Origin: Antedon mediterranea | Taxonomy: Eukaryota > Animalia > Echinodermata | Length of the DNA: 64,000 nucleotides | Assembly (NCBI RefSeq): GCF_964355755.1 | Contig: NC_092676.1 | Location: forward strand, 15,580,871-15,644,870 | Direction of reading: 5' to 3' | Shown: positions 17,050 to 41,577 of the stretch, piece by piece | How the letters are laid out: the number at the start of each line of letters is the position of its first letter | How positions within the stretch are numbered: the stretch's first letter is position 1 | Translations under genes and position numbers: made by a program | Notes under the pieces: model-generated | Told to the model about the DNA's origin: nothing | Database searches by the model: none | Seen by the model: only the letters and a program-made list of their open reading frames with translations

Positions 17050-18200
17050 AAACTGCATCACACTATGACCCGACCTTTAGTTGTTGATATGACTGGGTTA
17101 ATTGTGGGTTGTGATGATTTCATTGTCTATTATGCCGAAGTGTTTTTTAAGTCCAATTTTAAATTGAGAAATTTTAACAAAGTCCAATATGTTGTGTGGT
17201 AATTCATTCCAATGTTTCACTGAGAGAAAAAACTATATTCGAGCAGAGTGATCGTTCTTGTTTGTTGACGTTGGTATGTTAGTTCATGGGTCTTTCTTTG
17301 TTGACGCACAGGTTTTTTCAAATAATTTTTCCAATCGATGTCCACCAATGAGTGACTTATTTTAAACTTGATTAACCGCGTGATATTACGTCTTGTCTCA
17401 AGACTTTGCCATTCGAGTTTATGTAGCATTGATCTGACACTTGATTCCCGGGAATAGTCGTTTTTACATAATCTGGCTGCTGATATTTGAATCATATCTA
17501 AGCGGTATCTTTCCCTGTTTGTACTTGTAAACCATGATGCACAGCCATACTCCAATTTTGGTTGCACACACGTGATAAATATAAGCGTGATTTAATGTCG
17601 GATGTGCATAACTTAAAGTTCCTGCGGATAACCCTAAGTACCTTTTTGCAGCTATTTGTGACATTTTGAATATGATTATTCCATTTGAGATTTGTGCTAA
17701 ATGTGATACCTTGGTATTGGTGTGAGTCCACTGAATTTAATATATTGCTACATTGTATGTGGCTCTATTAGGAGATTATTTTTTTGAAAAGTGCATTAGC
17801 ACTTATCAGTGTTTAAAAGCCATCTGTCAATCCAAACCCCAGTTGGACAGCGCATAAAGATCATTTTGAAATTTGTAATTGTCCTTAATACTGTTGATTT
17901 CTCTATATAAACAAGGGGACCGTCCGCAAACGGGATTTAGCTCATGGTTAAACACAATTTGGCATATCATTAATGTAGACTAAAAAACAAAGAGGTCCCA
18001 CGGCCGTGCCACTTGATGTGACATCTACCAATTGAGTGTGTCCTGTAATACCGTAGTTTTCAAGTTTTAAAAGCAAACGGGTATGAGAAACTCTGTCTAA
18101 AGCTTTCGAAAAAACAAGAAGCACTGCATCGACTTTCTTGTTTTGAGATGAAGCCAAATCGGAAGTTAGTATGTAGTTGATTATAACATTTGTTATCATG
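17050..18200 (-). pseudogene. Decayed non-LTR retrotransposon reverse transcriptase (CR1/RTE-X-like), 5' truncated
   Basis: Frameshifted ORF pieces with VDAVLLVFSKALDRVSH, GTAVGPLCFLVYINDM, YQGITFSTNLKWNNHI, PKLEYGCASW, LEWQSLETRR and YSFF. Confidence 0.85.
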
Positions 18201-19874
18201 AAAACAGTACCGGTGGTCCAGGCTTGATTAATGTGACCGTCACAAAAAGTTTTATGTACATCCTGACTTATGGCGGCGCCCTACCGCAATATTACTGTTA
18301 CAGGGGAAAAACCGCGGATTGCTCCCTCTCCACCCATCAATCAGCAGCCACCATCCACAACAACAACACACACCGCGTGGCGGTCACAGAGGAGAGACGG
18401 GAGGAAGCGCGAACTTCTATAATTATTTAAAAAGAAAATAAACAAGATAATTACTTTTGTCGGTCCACAACTACCATTGGCAGTTTATCCTGTTTAGTGT
18501 TATAGTTTTATGTGTAAGTATTTGGCCTAGCTAGCCTAGAAGTATTACGGCTATCTAATACACTACTATCTACAATACTAGGCTAGGCCTTGGTAGTTAG
18601 TAATAGTAGGCTTGTTATTAAAGGCCTAGGCTAGCTAGGCCTACTAGGCTAGTTGGTAAAGGATCATTTCGGTCGCGATGTTACGCGTTTCGGTCGCTGC
18701 ACGGCATATACTTGCTTACTTGATGTTATTGGGTCGGTTCGGTTTACAAGCTAAATATAGCTTATATGACCCTTCATGTCTTCTTGTAATGTAACCAAAA
18801 TACATTATGCTTAGGGCTCCGGGTGTACGCACAATGTTCTGTGTAGTGTTTATAAGTGTGAAAAAGTAAACTTGCAGTCAAGAGACTTCCAATGATCATT
18901 GAGGAGTGACTTGAAACATTACAACATTAGATGGTAAGCTATTCCATGAGTCCACAACTCTACAACTGAAGGAAAACTGCCTGGAATTAAGCCTAAACTT
19001 GTTTTTATACTGTACAACTTGTATATAAGTGACCTCTAGTTCCATGACAATCAATATGACCGATTGGGCCGCCGGTGATTTCTATGAAACGCCCAGTACG
19101 TCTTTTACGACATTTCGCGTAGTGATTACAGTAGAGTAAGTACTATGTGTATGTAGTACGTAAGTTCGGCAGTTCATGGTCTTTCTAGGGTTTAATTGTG
19201 TTATTTTATAATAATAAATAATTATATAGGCCTAGGTAATTTATACATACTAATACTATTATTTTGTTGGTTTGGGCCACCATAACAACACAACAAAGGA
19301 AAGTAGTTTAACATAATATTTAATAATTTAAATGTTTTTAATCTTTCAAGTTAAAAATTCAGTTCATGGACTAACAAAGTATTGACATTCTTTGAATGAG
19401 GTTATTTTTTATTATTAATTATATTATTTTTATTTACTAATCATTTAATATCATGTTTTATTGAATTTTACAATGGCAATACACAAATATATCTAAGTAG
19501 CGACTAGCAAAACTGCTAGAGGGCAGCAGAAATTTCAAGGGAATAGAAAGAAAAGTGTGACCCTTAAAAGTTAATATTTTTCAAACAAATTATACATTGC
19601 CTGTTAGTATTTTGTATCAATATTATAATTTAAAGGAAGAATTATGAAAATTTGACTTGGTAGGGTTTAAAACAGCGCCGAAAATGATCGTTTATAGCCA
19701 TGAACGATGTAAACAAATTGCGCCCTCAGTCAACAATTGTATGAACTACATTTTTCGTAAAAATAATTGTATAAAATTCTGGTTTAAAGTAATATGTTTT
19801 GTATCAACATTGTAAAATTCAATAAAATATGATATTACTTGTTTATTAAATAAAAAAAGAGTGTTTATTTTAAA

Positions 19875-20500
19875 AGACACCTTCCCTACAATTTGTGACG
19901 TTTTGTAAAAATAATACATATTATTACTTTAAAAACATTAAACCAGGTCATTCCATGTCTTAAATGTACGTTTTATGGTAAATTATGATAAAAAGTGAGA
20001 AACAATGCACTACCTAAGTATCTCGCGGCGAATGACCTCTCGTGGACGGTCTTTAGGCCTAGCCTAGCTAGGCTTAGTTTTGTAGGCCTGGCTGGTAAAC
20101 ATCGGTAACGTACGAACACCGTACGCTAGCTATATACCTAGCCTGACGTTGTATAGTTGCTGCATTAATTGTCTTTCTATTTTTGCCAGACTCCGTTGAT
20201 ACAAATTGGGGAAAACCCGGTATTTTCGCTGAAAAGTTAGGAGTCTTCCATTTGTTTTGGCCTCACGATCGATCGAAAAGTGGGTGAATTACAGATGAAA
20301 AACAAAAATATCAATCCGCGCGCAATGCATTTTGGGATTTATAGCGGGCCGCTATAATTATTAGAATCGACTTATTTTTCACATTTTTAACCATTTAAAG
20401 ACGAAAAAACTTATCGCAATAGGACCGTATAGTATTAATTTTACATTAAATATAGTTTGTGAGCTTAAATTAGATCTAAAAAAACGTAGGAAAGGTGTCT
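19875..20500. mobile_element. Kolobok-like MITE (TTAA target)
   Basis: TIRs AGACACCTTCCCTAC / GTAGGAAAGGTGTCT with TTAA-type flanks. Its interior (~20075-20395) has a diverged direct copy at ~21665-21867. Confidence 0.6.
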
Positions 20501-20860
20501 TTAACCTCATTAAAAAATTTAAATACATTATTTTCCTGTGTCTGAGAGACAATGTGACTTCACGGCACTCACAAGAAAATTCTTCTGCTGTGTGTTGATC
20601 GCGTCAACCAAACAAAGGCCGAAAATACAAAATCGTTTTAAACGTGAGCCCTACGAAGCAGTTGAAAGCGGAGGTTTGATTGGCTTATAATGACAACATA
20701 CCACAAAATGGCATTTTTGTAGTTGAGCCCCTCGGAATTTTCCAAAAAATATTTCAGGGATATATTTCACGATGGGTTGTTACTATGAAATATTTGAATC
20801 ATAAAGGCCTCATATCGGAATGAAACTCTGTTTTTAGCACTTAATATTAATATTTTTCAG

Positions 20861-21075
20861 TAGCCTTGGTCACGCAAATGACGTTGTCATGATGTTCTGT
20901 CATTCGTCATAGTTCGGTAAATTGCGCCATCTCTCGTCTGATGACTTAATAAAAAGGGACACCCGAGCATCCAAAGGGGGACACCAGCAGAAAGCTGAAC
21001 ATCAGACGAAAGATGGCGCAATTCACCGAACTATGACAGAACATCGTGTCAACGTCATTTGCGTGACCAAGGCTA
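20861..21075. mobile_element. Foldback MITE with ~80-bp arms and TAG...CTA ends
   Basis: TAGCCTTGGTCACGCAAATGACGTTG...TCGTCTGATG is inverted against CATCAGACGA...CAACGTCATTTGCGTGACCAAGGCTA around a ~55-bp spacer. Confidence 0.8.
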
Positions 21076-22469
21076 CTGAAAGTAGCTGAAACGTAGCAAG
21101 TAAGTACTTGTCAACTGGTTTAACCAAAAAGTTAACATTTATTTTTTAAATATCCATTTGAAACCAGATGAAATTTGTTGAGAATAATATTTAGTTTAGT
21201 AAATCTAATAATTATTATGTATTTGTCGTCTGATTGTAATTGTTCTGAGATACACATATTGAGAATAATTGTCGTGTCAGATTTTACTAGCTGTGCGTTG
21301 TCACTACTTGAGTCCTCTTTGTACATGTTTTTACTGATCAAAGCCAGCCCAGGGTTCCCCTTTTAAAATCTATGCAGATCAAACACTGATAACCTACATT
21401 TTTCAGGTGCATATCATATACACATCCACTTTATATTCGATTGCTAGTGAATATTTATATTATAATTTTTCCTGTAAACAATTAATTATATATTGGGTGC
21501 ATAACCTTTATTTATAATGTATCGCATTTCTGATGAATTCATTTTTTTTGTCTCTTTGTTTATGGGAAGTAATTTACCCTACAAAAAATCTAATTTTTAG
21601 TTTAGAAAAAGTGGTCGCGGCCGGAATGTACCAAATGCACTAATTAGATAGGAAGAACAAAATATTAGTTTTGTAGGACTACAGTAGCTGGTAAACAACA
21701 GTAACATACGAACATCATATGCTAGCTATAGGTCTTGTCTGATATTGTCAATTTGCCGTATTGTCTTTCTGTTTTTGCCAGAATTGGAGGAAACCTGGTA
21801 TTTTCGCGCAATGCATGCGGATTTATAGATTATTAGAATCGACTACTTATTTTTCATATTTTTAAACGGTGTATTTATAAACGGTATATTTATAATTCGC
21901 TAAGCCAATGAGGTATTAAATAATTAATAGTGTAAGCCTAGGCCACCGAAACTACTGTAGACTCGACTCCAATGTCGATTCGTCCCACGATGTCGTCTTG
22001 TCTGGCTAAATAAGGCTAACTAGTAACATAGGTTGGCTACAAAATATGTCGTCTCCTAGCCTAGGTAGGATTTTAAGGCGGAGCCGATTTTAATTAGTGA
22101 ACAGTACATTGCTAATTTGCATTGTCCATGCTTTTTCCAAAGGGGATGACAATTTAAATGGTGTTTATTAACCCTACAAACCACCAGTAGATAATTATAA
22201 TAACAATACATCGTACTGTTTAGTTAGGTTTAGAACAATAGGCTACGATTTACATATATAAATATAGTGGTGGTCAGCATCATGAAAGTGGTGGTCGGAA
22301 ATTCTGAGTGGTGAACGGGGCTGACCATAGCCGACCACCGTGGCTAGAACCCTGTGTGACATATGGCATCCCAGAGACGTTTGGTTAGATGGACTACCAA
22401 TTTAACTATATTATAGTGTAGAGTTAGGGTCCAGAAACACAAAGAAACAAATTGCACAGATTACTTATA

Positions 22470-22800
22470 CTAAAAAAAGAATAGATTAAAATTTAAAAAT
22501 CCAAAATGTAAAATACGAATATTTAAAAGATTTAAAATTTGTATTAAAATGCTTAAAAAAAAAATTTTGCTAGCATATCCTTTAATTATTGGGATACGGA
22601 AGTTACACATAGTGCTACTTCTGGTCACCCTCTCATGAAAATCCCTGAGAAGTGTAAAATGCTTATTTGGGTAAGATGGAGCAGTGTCGTTAAAAATCTT
22701 AAAACATAGCATTTAATTTAAACTTTAAAAAATTAACCCTATTTACCACATTTAAAAGTCTTAATTCATGAAGTTCTGACTGATCAACATGAGATTTAGC
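22470..22800 (-). mobile_element. L2/CR1-group LINE ORF2 3' fragment
   Basis: FKIFNDTAPSY...HERVTRSS..NFRIP is the typical C-terminal tail of CR1/L2-group ORF2, here degenerate. Confidence 0.55.
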
Positions 22801-24559
22801 AATAAAACAATTTTATTATAGGCTCTTTTCTTCTTTCGACTCAATCTGACTAGTTCTTTGATATCTACAGATGTCTTTTTTACACTACATTTACCCTTAT
22901 ACCATTTCACATGTAGACCAATTGTAACGCTAATCTCAGAGTTATGTGACTGTGTTCATGCATTATCGACATTAAATTTGAGTAAACCAATTTTGGCAGT
23001 AGGGCTGTTTTTGTCCACAAAATATGGTTCGGTCATAATGTATCATTCAAAACAGGCCATAAATAATATATTGAAAACTAAGGCTTTTAACTTAAATATT
23101 TATTATTTTTTAATATAAATTCAGCCTGTTCATATTCTAGACCTTAGGCTCAGTGGCTTTCCTACGCTTTATTAAGAGCAGGATGTTTCAGGCCATCATT
23201 GTGTTTTAATTCGTACAAATAATAATAATATATGATATATTGGAGAGTGTACAGTGTGTCTTTAATCATTTGGATTGTCGGTGCGCAATCTGAGTAGGTA
23301 GTGTACACATTAATACAATAAACTTTATTTGTCTTTGTAAAAAGTACAAAGATAGTTTAAATTTTTCGACTTTCAAGCCATTCAAATTCACATAAACGAA
23401 CAGATTCACATGCTAAAATTCATTTGTAAAATGTGAACAAATAATTCTCCTAAAAAAACCTTAAAATTTCACAGATTGCAATCTCCTCCCTTGATCTGCC
23501 ATTTGAAATTTTTTTTTGGAGAACATCTGCTCATAACACTCGCTTGCACTTTGCAATTTCTAGAATGGTATCATTATTTAGTAGCAACTCATCAATAATT
23601 ACTAGTATTAGTTTCAAAGCTTTTTGTGTATCAACATATATCTGTTTAATCTATTTATGTTCTTTTGTTTTCCATCTTTTCACCATAATGATGTTAAAAG
23701 CAATTTTAAATTATTAATGATTTATCAATCAATCAATCTTCCTCTCCCAATAATGTCAAAAACAATTTAATTTATTAATGATAATAATGGTTGATAAATT
23801 AACATTAATTATGAAACAATTATACCACTATTGACTAGGCCGAGGAAGAATGGCCTAGGCCTGTTACACTGCTTATCTATTGTTTATTAGCATATCAGCA
23901 TCTCATAAGTCACCCGTTCTTGTGAGTGTGTGCAAGGCTATCAAACAACAGGATACTATTAAGCTTGACTTGCCAAGGTAGGCTATCTTAACAAACTTTG
24001 ATCTGCGGTTTGGCGTCGACGAATTCACGCAAAGTTGTTGAATTCTAGGTTGTGTTTATTGCTGTTTAATTGTATTTTGGTAAAAGGCCACATACATCTG
24101 ATATTTTACGAACATGAGGTTTTAGGTAGGTTTCAAATTCTAAACTATGTTTATTGCTGTTTAATTGTATGAAATTAAAACTTAGAAAGTGCCTTTCATA
24201 CATTCTTTTAATTTTGGCATTGAATAATTTATATTGAAAGTGGGAAGGGTTTTGTAAATCAAGGCTATATAGTGTATGTATTATGGAAGGTACCGTTTTG
24301 GTACTACCAGTCCATACAGTATATCCCAGTCCTGTTGTTTGATAGCCTTGGTGTGTAGACTGGACGGCTGAAATTTGACTGAACACCAAGTTTATGTTTT
24401 TAGATAAAATACATTTGTTTGTATTAGGGCAATTCCATGCTTCCAACTGCTACCATAAGATAAAAACTAGAATGTTGTTAAATCAACTTGTGTTAACTGT
24501 TATATATACAGTAATTAGAAAGCCAGAAAACTCTATTTTTCTATAAGATATTATTTTTC

Positions 24560-25270
24560 CCCAAAATCATATTTAAACAAATGTCGAAATTATACACTTT
24601 TTTATGTAATACAGTAGTATCAATTAATAAATATTCATAAACTTTTTAACAATTTCCCGTTCCTAGTATTAATTGTTTAAATGATATATTATTGTGATTT
24701 AAACTTACAAAGATACTAAGCATTTTCCTCCAATATTTCTGAATAAATCTACAACTAAAAAACAAATGATTTTCATTTTCAATTTCTCCACATTTGTCAC
24801 ACGTTTGTGTTTCCTTAACTTTCCACTGATACAGCCGTTTGTTGGTAGGCAGTATTCTATGTAACATCTTATAATTGAATTGTGCTAGTTTCTTATCTTT
24901 CATTTTACATACTTTCCGTAACCAAGAAGTTTTCCAATCAATGTTGTTATCATTGAAGTACTCTTCCCATTTTAGTTGTGACATTGGAATAATGAAATAT
25001 TCTTTCACAAACCATGAGTATATTAGTTTGGTAGTATTAATCTCATACATGGTCCCAACTAATTCATCATTATCATCACAATTGAAAATATCTACCTCCT
25101 TAATAATACGTTTCCATTGAATTGGTATTGCCTTAATAATGCACAAATACTCATTTAACCAGTTTGTTTTACATTGTAGTTTCACCAGTATTTCGTTTGA
25201 TGTTAAAAAAGTGTTCTTATTAACAATGTGGAGATAAGCTAATAGATTATATTTACACTTTTGCAGCATT
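24560..25270 (-). mobile_element. L1/Tx1-clade LINE ORF2 3' fragment with zf-RVT zinc finger
   Basis: KAIPIQWK...KWEEYF..IDWK..W...KLAQFNYKMLHRILPTNKRLYQWK...CDKCGEIENENHLFFSC. Confidence 0.8.
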
Positions 25271-27996
25271 TACTATTTATAGAATAAAAATGTTATCTGC
25301 ACTAAATAAGCCAGTGGGTAAATCTTTATGGAATTCATTTAAAAGCAATATGTTATATAACATTGAATGTGAAACATATAACAATAAAGAAACAAGTATA
25401 GAAAAATGGGTAGCTTTAAGAAATACGATTATGATAATATAATTTCTAATTTGATACGATTAATCGAAAAAGAATTACAGTGATACAGGTTACTGGTGGT
25501 ACTGAGCTATTATTGTTTTTTTTTATCATGTATATAAATATATTGTATAATCCGGGTTGTAAAATGAAAACAAACAAATGAAAATGTGTGAACTATTTTA
25601 AAACGGGATAGATGATAATGATGATCCTGTCAAGTGTATAACAAAATATACGAAAATTAATGAAAAAAGGAGTAATACAGAATTCATATATGTAAAAATG
25701 TTACTTATGAACTGTAACGACATTTACAAGTTAAATAATACGATTTTATGTAATATGAGATAATATGAATGTGAATAAAAGTGGTGTTTGCGCCACAAAA
25801 GAGAAAAAAAACAAACTTTTTAACAATTTATATATTTATCTATACTTTTAGATCTGTTATAAAAGGTGCAACAAGTTAATTTTTTTCCCTCTGATACACA
25901 TCAATAAAAATACAGTTCATAATTTTAACTTCAAAATCATAATTGTATGAAAATTAATTATTAAATATTGTAATATCAAATGTCACATCTGTTACAAAAT
26001 AACAGAAAAGGTGTTATTTCTAAATATTAGAGCTACAATAGTCAAAATGTTCAAAAGACAATTAGATTAAATGCTTGTTCTAATGTAACCAGAAAAAAAA
26101 TGCAGTCCAAATATTAATATCATGTTTTTGTGTCACAGACTTGACAAAATGTGTTACGAACGGACTTGACATTATTTTGTCAGGGATGTGGCAGAATGAT
26201 AAAAGGCATGCTATTTCCCGGTACTAAATAGTACAGTAGTAGAAGTATCCTTGGCTAAACATTGTATACTCATCAACATTCCAAAGCTCTGTTTATAGGA
26301 AGTTACACCTCATAATAGACTAATTTTAGCCACACCTATCTGACTTCAATAAGTAAAGCCTGGTTCACACTAGCAGACTGCGATCCTGACTGTGAGCTAA
26401 CCGTTAACTTATCCGATCGCAGCCTGCTGCTCACTCACATTCTCCAATTGTAAATGTAATTTCCATGTAAATTGGCACTTTAAAAAAAATTAAAATTGAT
26501 GATTGGTCAGTTGGTAGAATACAAATCTGCCAAACGTACATTTTGTTGTCTACGTCATTGAAAAAAATCCATTGACGGTAAACTTTTTTTAAAACTTAGT
26601 GATAGCCAGACATTTTCTTGGCCACAAAATAACATTTCTTATCACAGATAATGTCTAATAACTACCAATGCCTACATGGAACAATCACCAACATTTTAAG
26701 CTTTGATTATGATTTCCAATTTCCAACTTTTTTAATAATCTGGGCAAAGGCTTGTAGCCCACTAAAAAGTTATAATCTTGTAAGTAGTCATGTAGTAGGG
26801 TAACGCACAAATTTGTCTTTTGAACAATCTTTTAATGTTGCTACCCATTATTAATAAACTATTAAGTACTCATAGTAAGTATTGATTGTCTCTGTCGCAT
26901 CCGTGACACCTATGTTACAATTAATTAAGTAGCTATTAATTAAAATTGGGAAAATAATTTTAAACTTTTTTTTATCCATTTAGTGTAGAATAGACTTGTT
27001 TTAATGTAAATACACTAAATGTTCATCTTTAGTTTTCCAGTGAGCTTAAATTTAAATATGAAGTCACATTTTTAGTTATTCTAAAAAAGACGCTGTTAGT
27101 CCGTGACACGGTAAAACTGTGTACAGTATATCTTCATAATGACGTTATATTAAAACATTTTTTTTTCGTAGAAAAGAGTTTTACTGGTCATAAGTCTATT
27201 TTTGTTACAAGATGTTGTAAAAGTCCTTTTTGTTTATATAATATATTTGCTTTGGAAGTGTGAATTAGTTATATTATATTAATAATTATGGGATATTTTC
27301 TAGTCAAAAATACTTACTGTTGTAGGCCTAGTAATTTAATTAAAATCGACAGAAGAAAAAACTGGGCCTATTTTGGCAGCGGTGGACTGCTTTTGGCAAC
27401 CAATTTATATGGTATTAATTCACTAAACATAAAACAGTACCTTGAAACGTTACATTAATATTAAAGAGCTTTATACACAGATTATATCTTACAAACAATT
27501 TTAAGTTGTTAATGAGTGGGACAACTTTGGACTCTTTTTAAATGCTAAGATTTTTTAAATTAGCGTACAATTGTTCTGTTGGCTACAGTAGGTCCATGGC
27601 TATTCATAAAATCCTATCTTCTTCTTTATTTGATTGTGTACAGTGTCTATTTTGCATTTCAGATCATCTTTTTCTGCTTTAGGTTCTGTCTCAACTACCT
27701 TCAAACCAATAATCTAATCAATTACATTTACTCTCCTTCCATTCTGTTGGGAAGATTTTGATCTGTACTTTGACCCACTATTTCGAGACTCGGCAGCTTT
27801 ACTCACTACTGGCCAATAAATAAATTTTCCGCAATTTCTGAATTTGATAAATTATTCGGTGGACTGATCTCTAAGTAAATTCATACTTCTTACAATATCT
27901 ACGATTGACACGTCCACACACATTTTAACAACTGTACTACTGGATAATGGTAATACATTTTTTATATTTTGTAGAGATGCATTAAGAATATTAAAT

Positions 27997-39183
<11,187 letters not shown>

Positions 39184-40463
39184 AAAATCAATGTATGTAT
39201 ACCTATATTTCATTATACTACTTTATCCTTACTCTAGCTATTCATTGCCACTAACAGACTGATAAATGTATACAATGTTGCACTATCAAAGTTTTTCAAA
39301 CATCCATGTTAGTTACACAACAAATTTATCATCCTAAGTTTGCGCTTAATAGCTGTATACTGGTAAAGCCTAAACAATGTACTGATTGCCATTCCTTTCC
39401 AGTCAAACTAGTTGGACAAAAAAGTGTGATGTGCCCAAGTATGGTAGTGATATAATCTATATGTAAATCACATTTTTTTGTCACATTAAGTTTGATGGTT
39501 CAGACCTTTAGCAAAGGTTAAAATTGATTGATTTCCCAACTACTATCTGACAATTAATAAACTGCATATCAGCAACAAACTTTTCTGTCTGGATGGCAAA
39601 TTCCAGTATGTTTTTAGTTGGTTTTTAACATGTATTTTATTTTGCTACGGTGATCATTTGAGATGACATGAGATCATGTTGTGCACACACACATCAGTGT
39701 GTTGCATACACAAAATCAGTCTTTGCATTGGATATCTAAGAAAAAAAAACAAGAAAAGTAGGAAATAGGGCCAGGTGTGCTAATTGACAGTGGGAAAAAT
39801 ACTGTGCTACATAAAATATTAAGATCAAACTTCCAACAGGTAAGTTGATATTTATTCTTCTTATTTGTCTCATTATTTATGCTCCATTTTTATCCTGTTC
39901 ATCATGAATAATGGGCTTTGTATTCATTTTCATTATACTAGACTTCTCAGGTAGCTTCTTTTCAAATAACAGTACGGATATCGTACTCACTTAATCAGAG
40001 TTCATACTAGCCCACTCATATCGCATCGTGATAGCATACCTGCCATATATAGGAATGCAGAAATGTTGTACAATAGTGGGTGCACTAATCTAAACGCTAC
40101 ACATTTGTACTGTATTGTATAAAAAAACTACACAAAAACAAAATTGTATTTCTTAAAATCAGATTAAAAAAATTAAATTTGCGTCGCATAGCCTATCTCA
40201 TGCTCACCACATTCAACGAAATTGATTTGTTGGGGTCTCTTGTTGGGCTTCAACCTAGCCTAGAAAACTAATCTCTAAGATTCTGCCTACCTACTAGGCC
40301 AAGCATGGCCCAGCTAGGATCGACCTACCTAATACTAGATCGCATTGGAGTATTACTATTACCTAATGGTAGTACCTAAGCCTAGCAGCTGAGCAGCCAT
40401 CGTGATGCCAAATAAAACAATATTGAAGCTTTATTACTAAATCATTTATTTTTGTTTTATTTA

Positions 40464-40940
40464 ACAGATACAGATATTTTATTGTCATACAAACCAAAAT
40501 AGTACAGTATGAAATTTGTCTTAGATACACTTAATTAATAGAAAAAAAGCATGCAAAATACAATAACATTATCAATATAATCTTATCTAAGTTTGTTTTT
40601 ATTAAATACACTGACTGCTGAAGGTAGAAAGGAATTCCTAAATCGAATTTTTTTACGCATCATTCTTAGTCTACCAGACTTATTAGCTATAAACTCTCTA
40701 TGCAAAAGATGCGTATCATCAGCGATAATAGATTTAAATTTCTAAAGATCATTGCACATGTTTTCTAAGAGGTTTATGTTTACGTTTATGATTTTGCTAG
40801 CTGTCTTCACTACCCTATTCAGTCTATTGTAATCGGCTTTCACTGGCATCTTACAGCCAAGGAGACTCGGCTCGTTGAAGTATTTAGGGTGGTCTACCAA
40901 TGGCCTAGGGAGCTCCCAAACAACACGTCCGCCCTGTGTG
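40464..40940 (-). mobile_element. Internally deleted (bipartite) LINE: 5'UTR fused to a Rex1/Babar-like ORF2 tail
   Basis: Minus: 5' GGACGTGTTGTTTGGGAGCTCC motif, ATG at 40849, then MPVKADYNRLNRVVKTASKII...ADDTHLLHREF..KSGRLR...RFRNSFLPSAVSVFN (one stop and frameshift), AATAAA and an (ATCTGT)2 tail. Confidence 0.6.
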
Positions 40941-41577
40941 ACTGACTGAACTGAACGATGTATTGTTATGATAATTATCTAGAGGTCGATCGTAGGGTGG
41001 TTCGTAGGGTTAATAAACACTATTGTTACATCAACGCAGACTATTCTGAACGTAGCCTACGATGTATTATGATAATTATAGTGTGTACCTAGTATAGGCT
41101 ATATTAGTTGATCGAAACATGAGCAACAATTTTGCAAATACATTACTACTGCTTAAATCTTGTTAAAGATTAGAATACAGAAACTCCTACCTTTCAACTA
41201 TACCCCCTCGCGGCCGCACGCATATACAACGGCAAGATGCCACAAGGTCATTTCATTTCATTTCATTTCATAGTAACATTTATTTCCTTCATAATATACA
41301 AAATAAATAATATAATACAAAATTCATGACGAGAAGAAAGATAGTTAAAACAATACAATTTTTTTTTCTCATCTTTAACATGAATAAAACAATATTATGA
41401 AGGAGGCACAATTTCTAAAAAGCAAAAGCTTGTGTTGAAAGTGCCTGAACAAAACAAAAAGTAACTAAAATCAAATTAGTAAATAATAGTAAATGGTATA
41501 TAGGAATAAAGTAATTACCATAACGGAATATGAAAACAATAAAAAACTGATACCTAGAATATAACTAGTTAATTAAT

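Noticed and set aside
24066-24446. 126-aa minus-strand ORF
   Set aside because: No initiator ATG (TTG start), no motifs, and it lies among repeat fragments.
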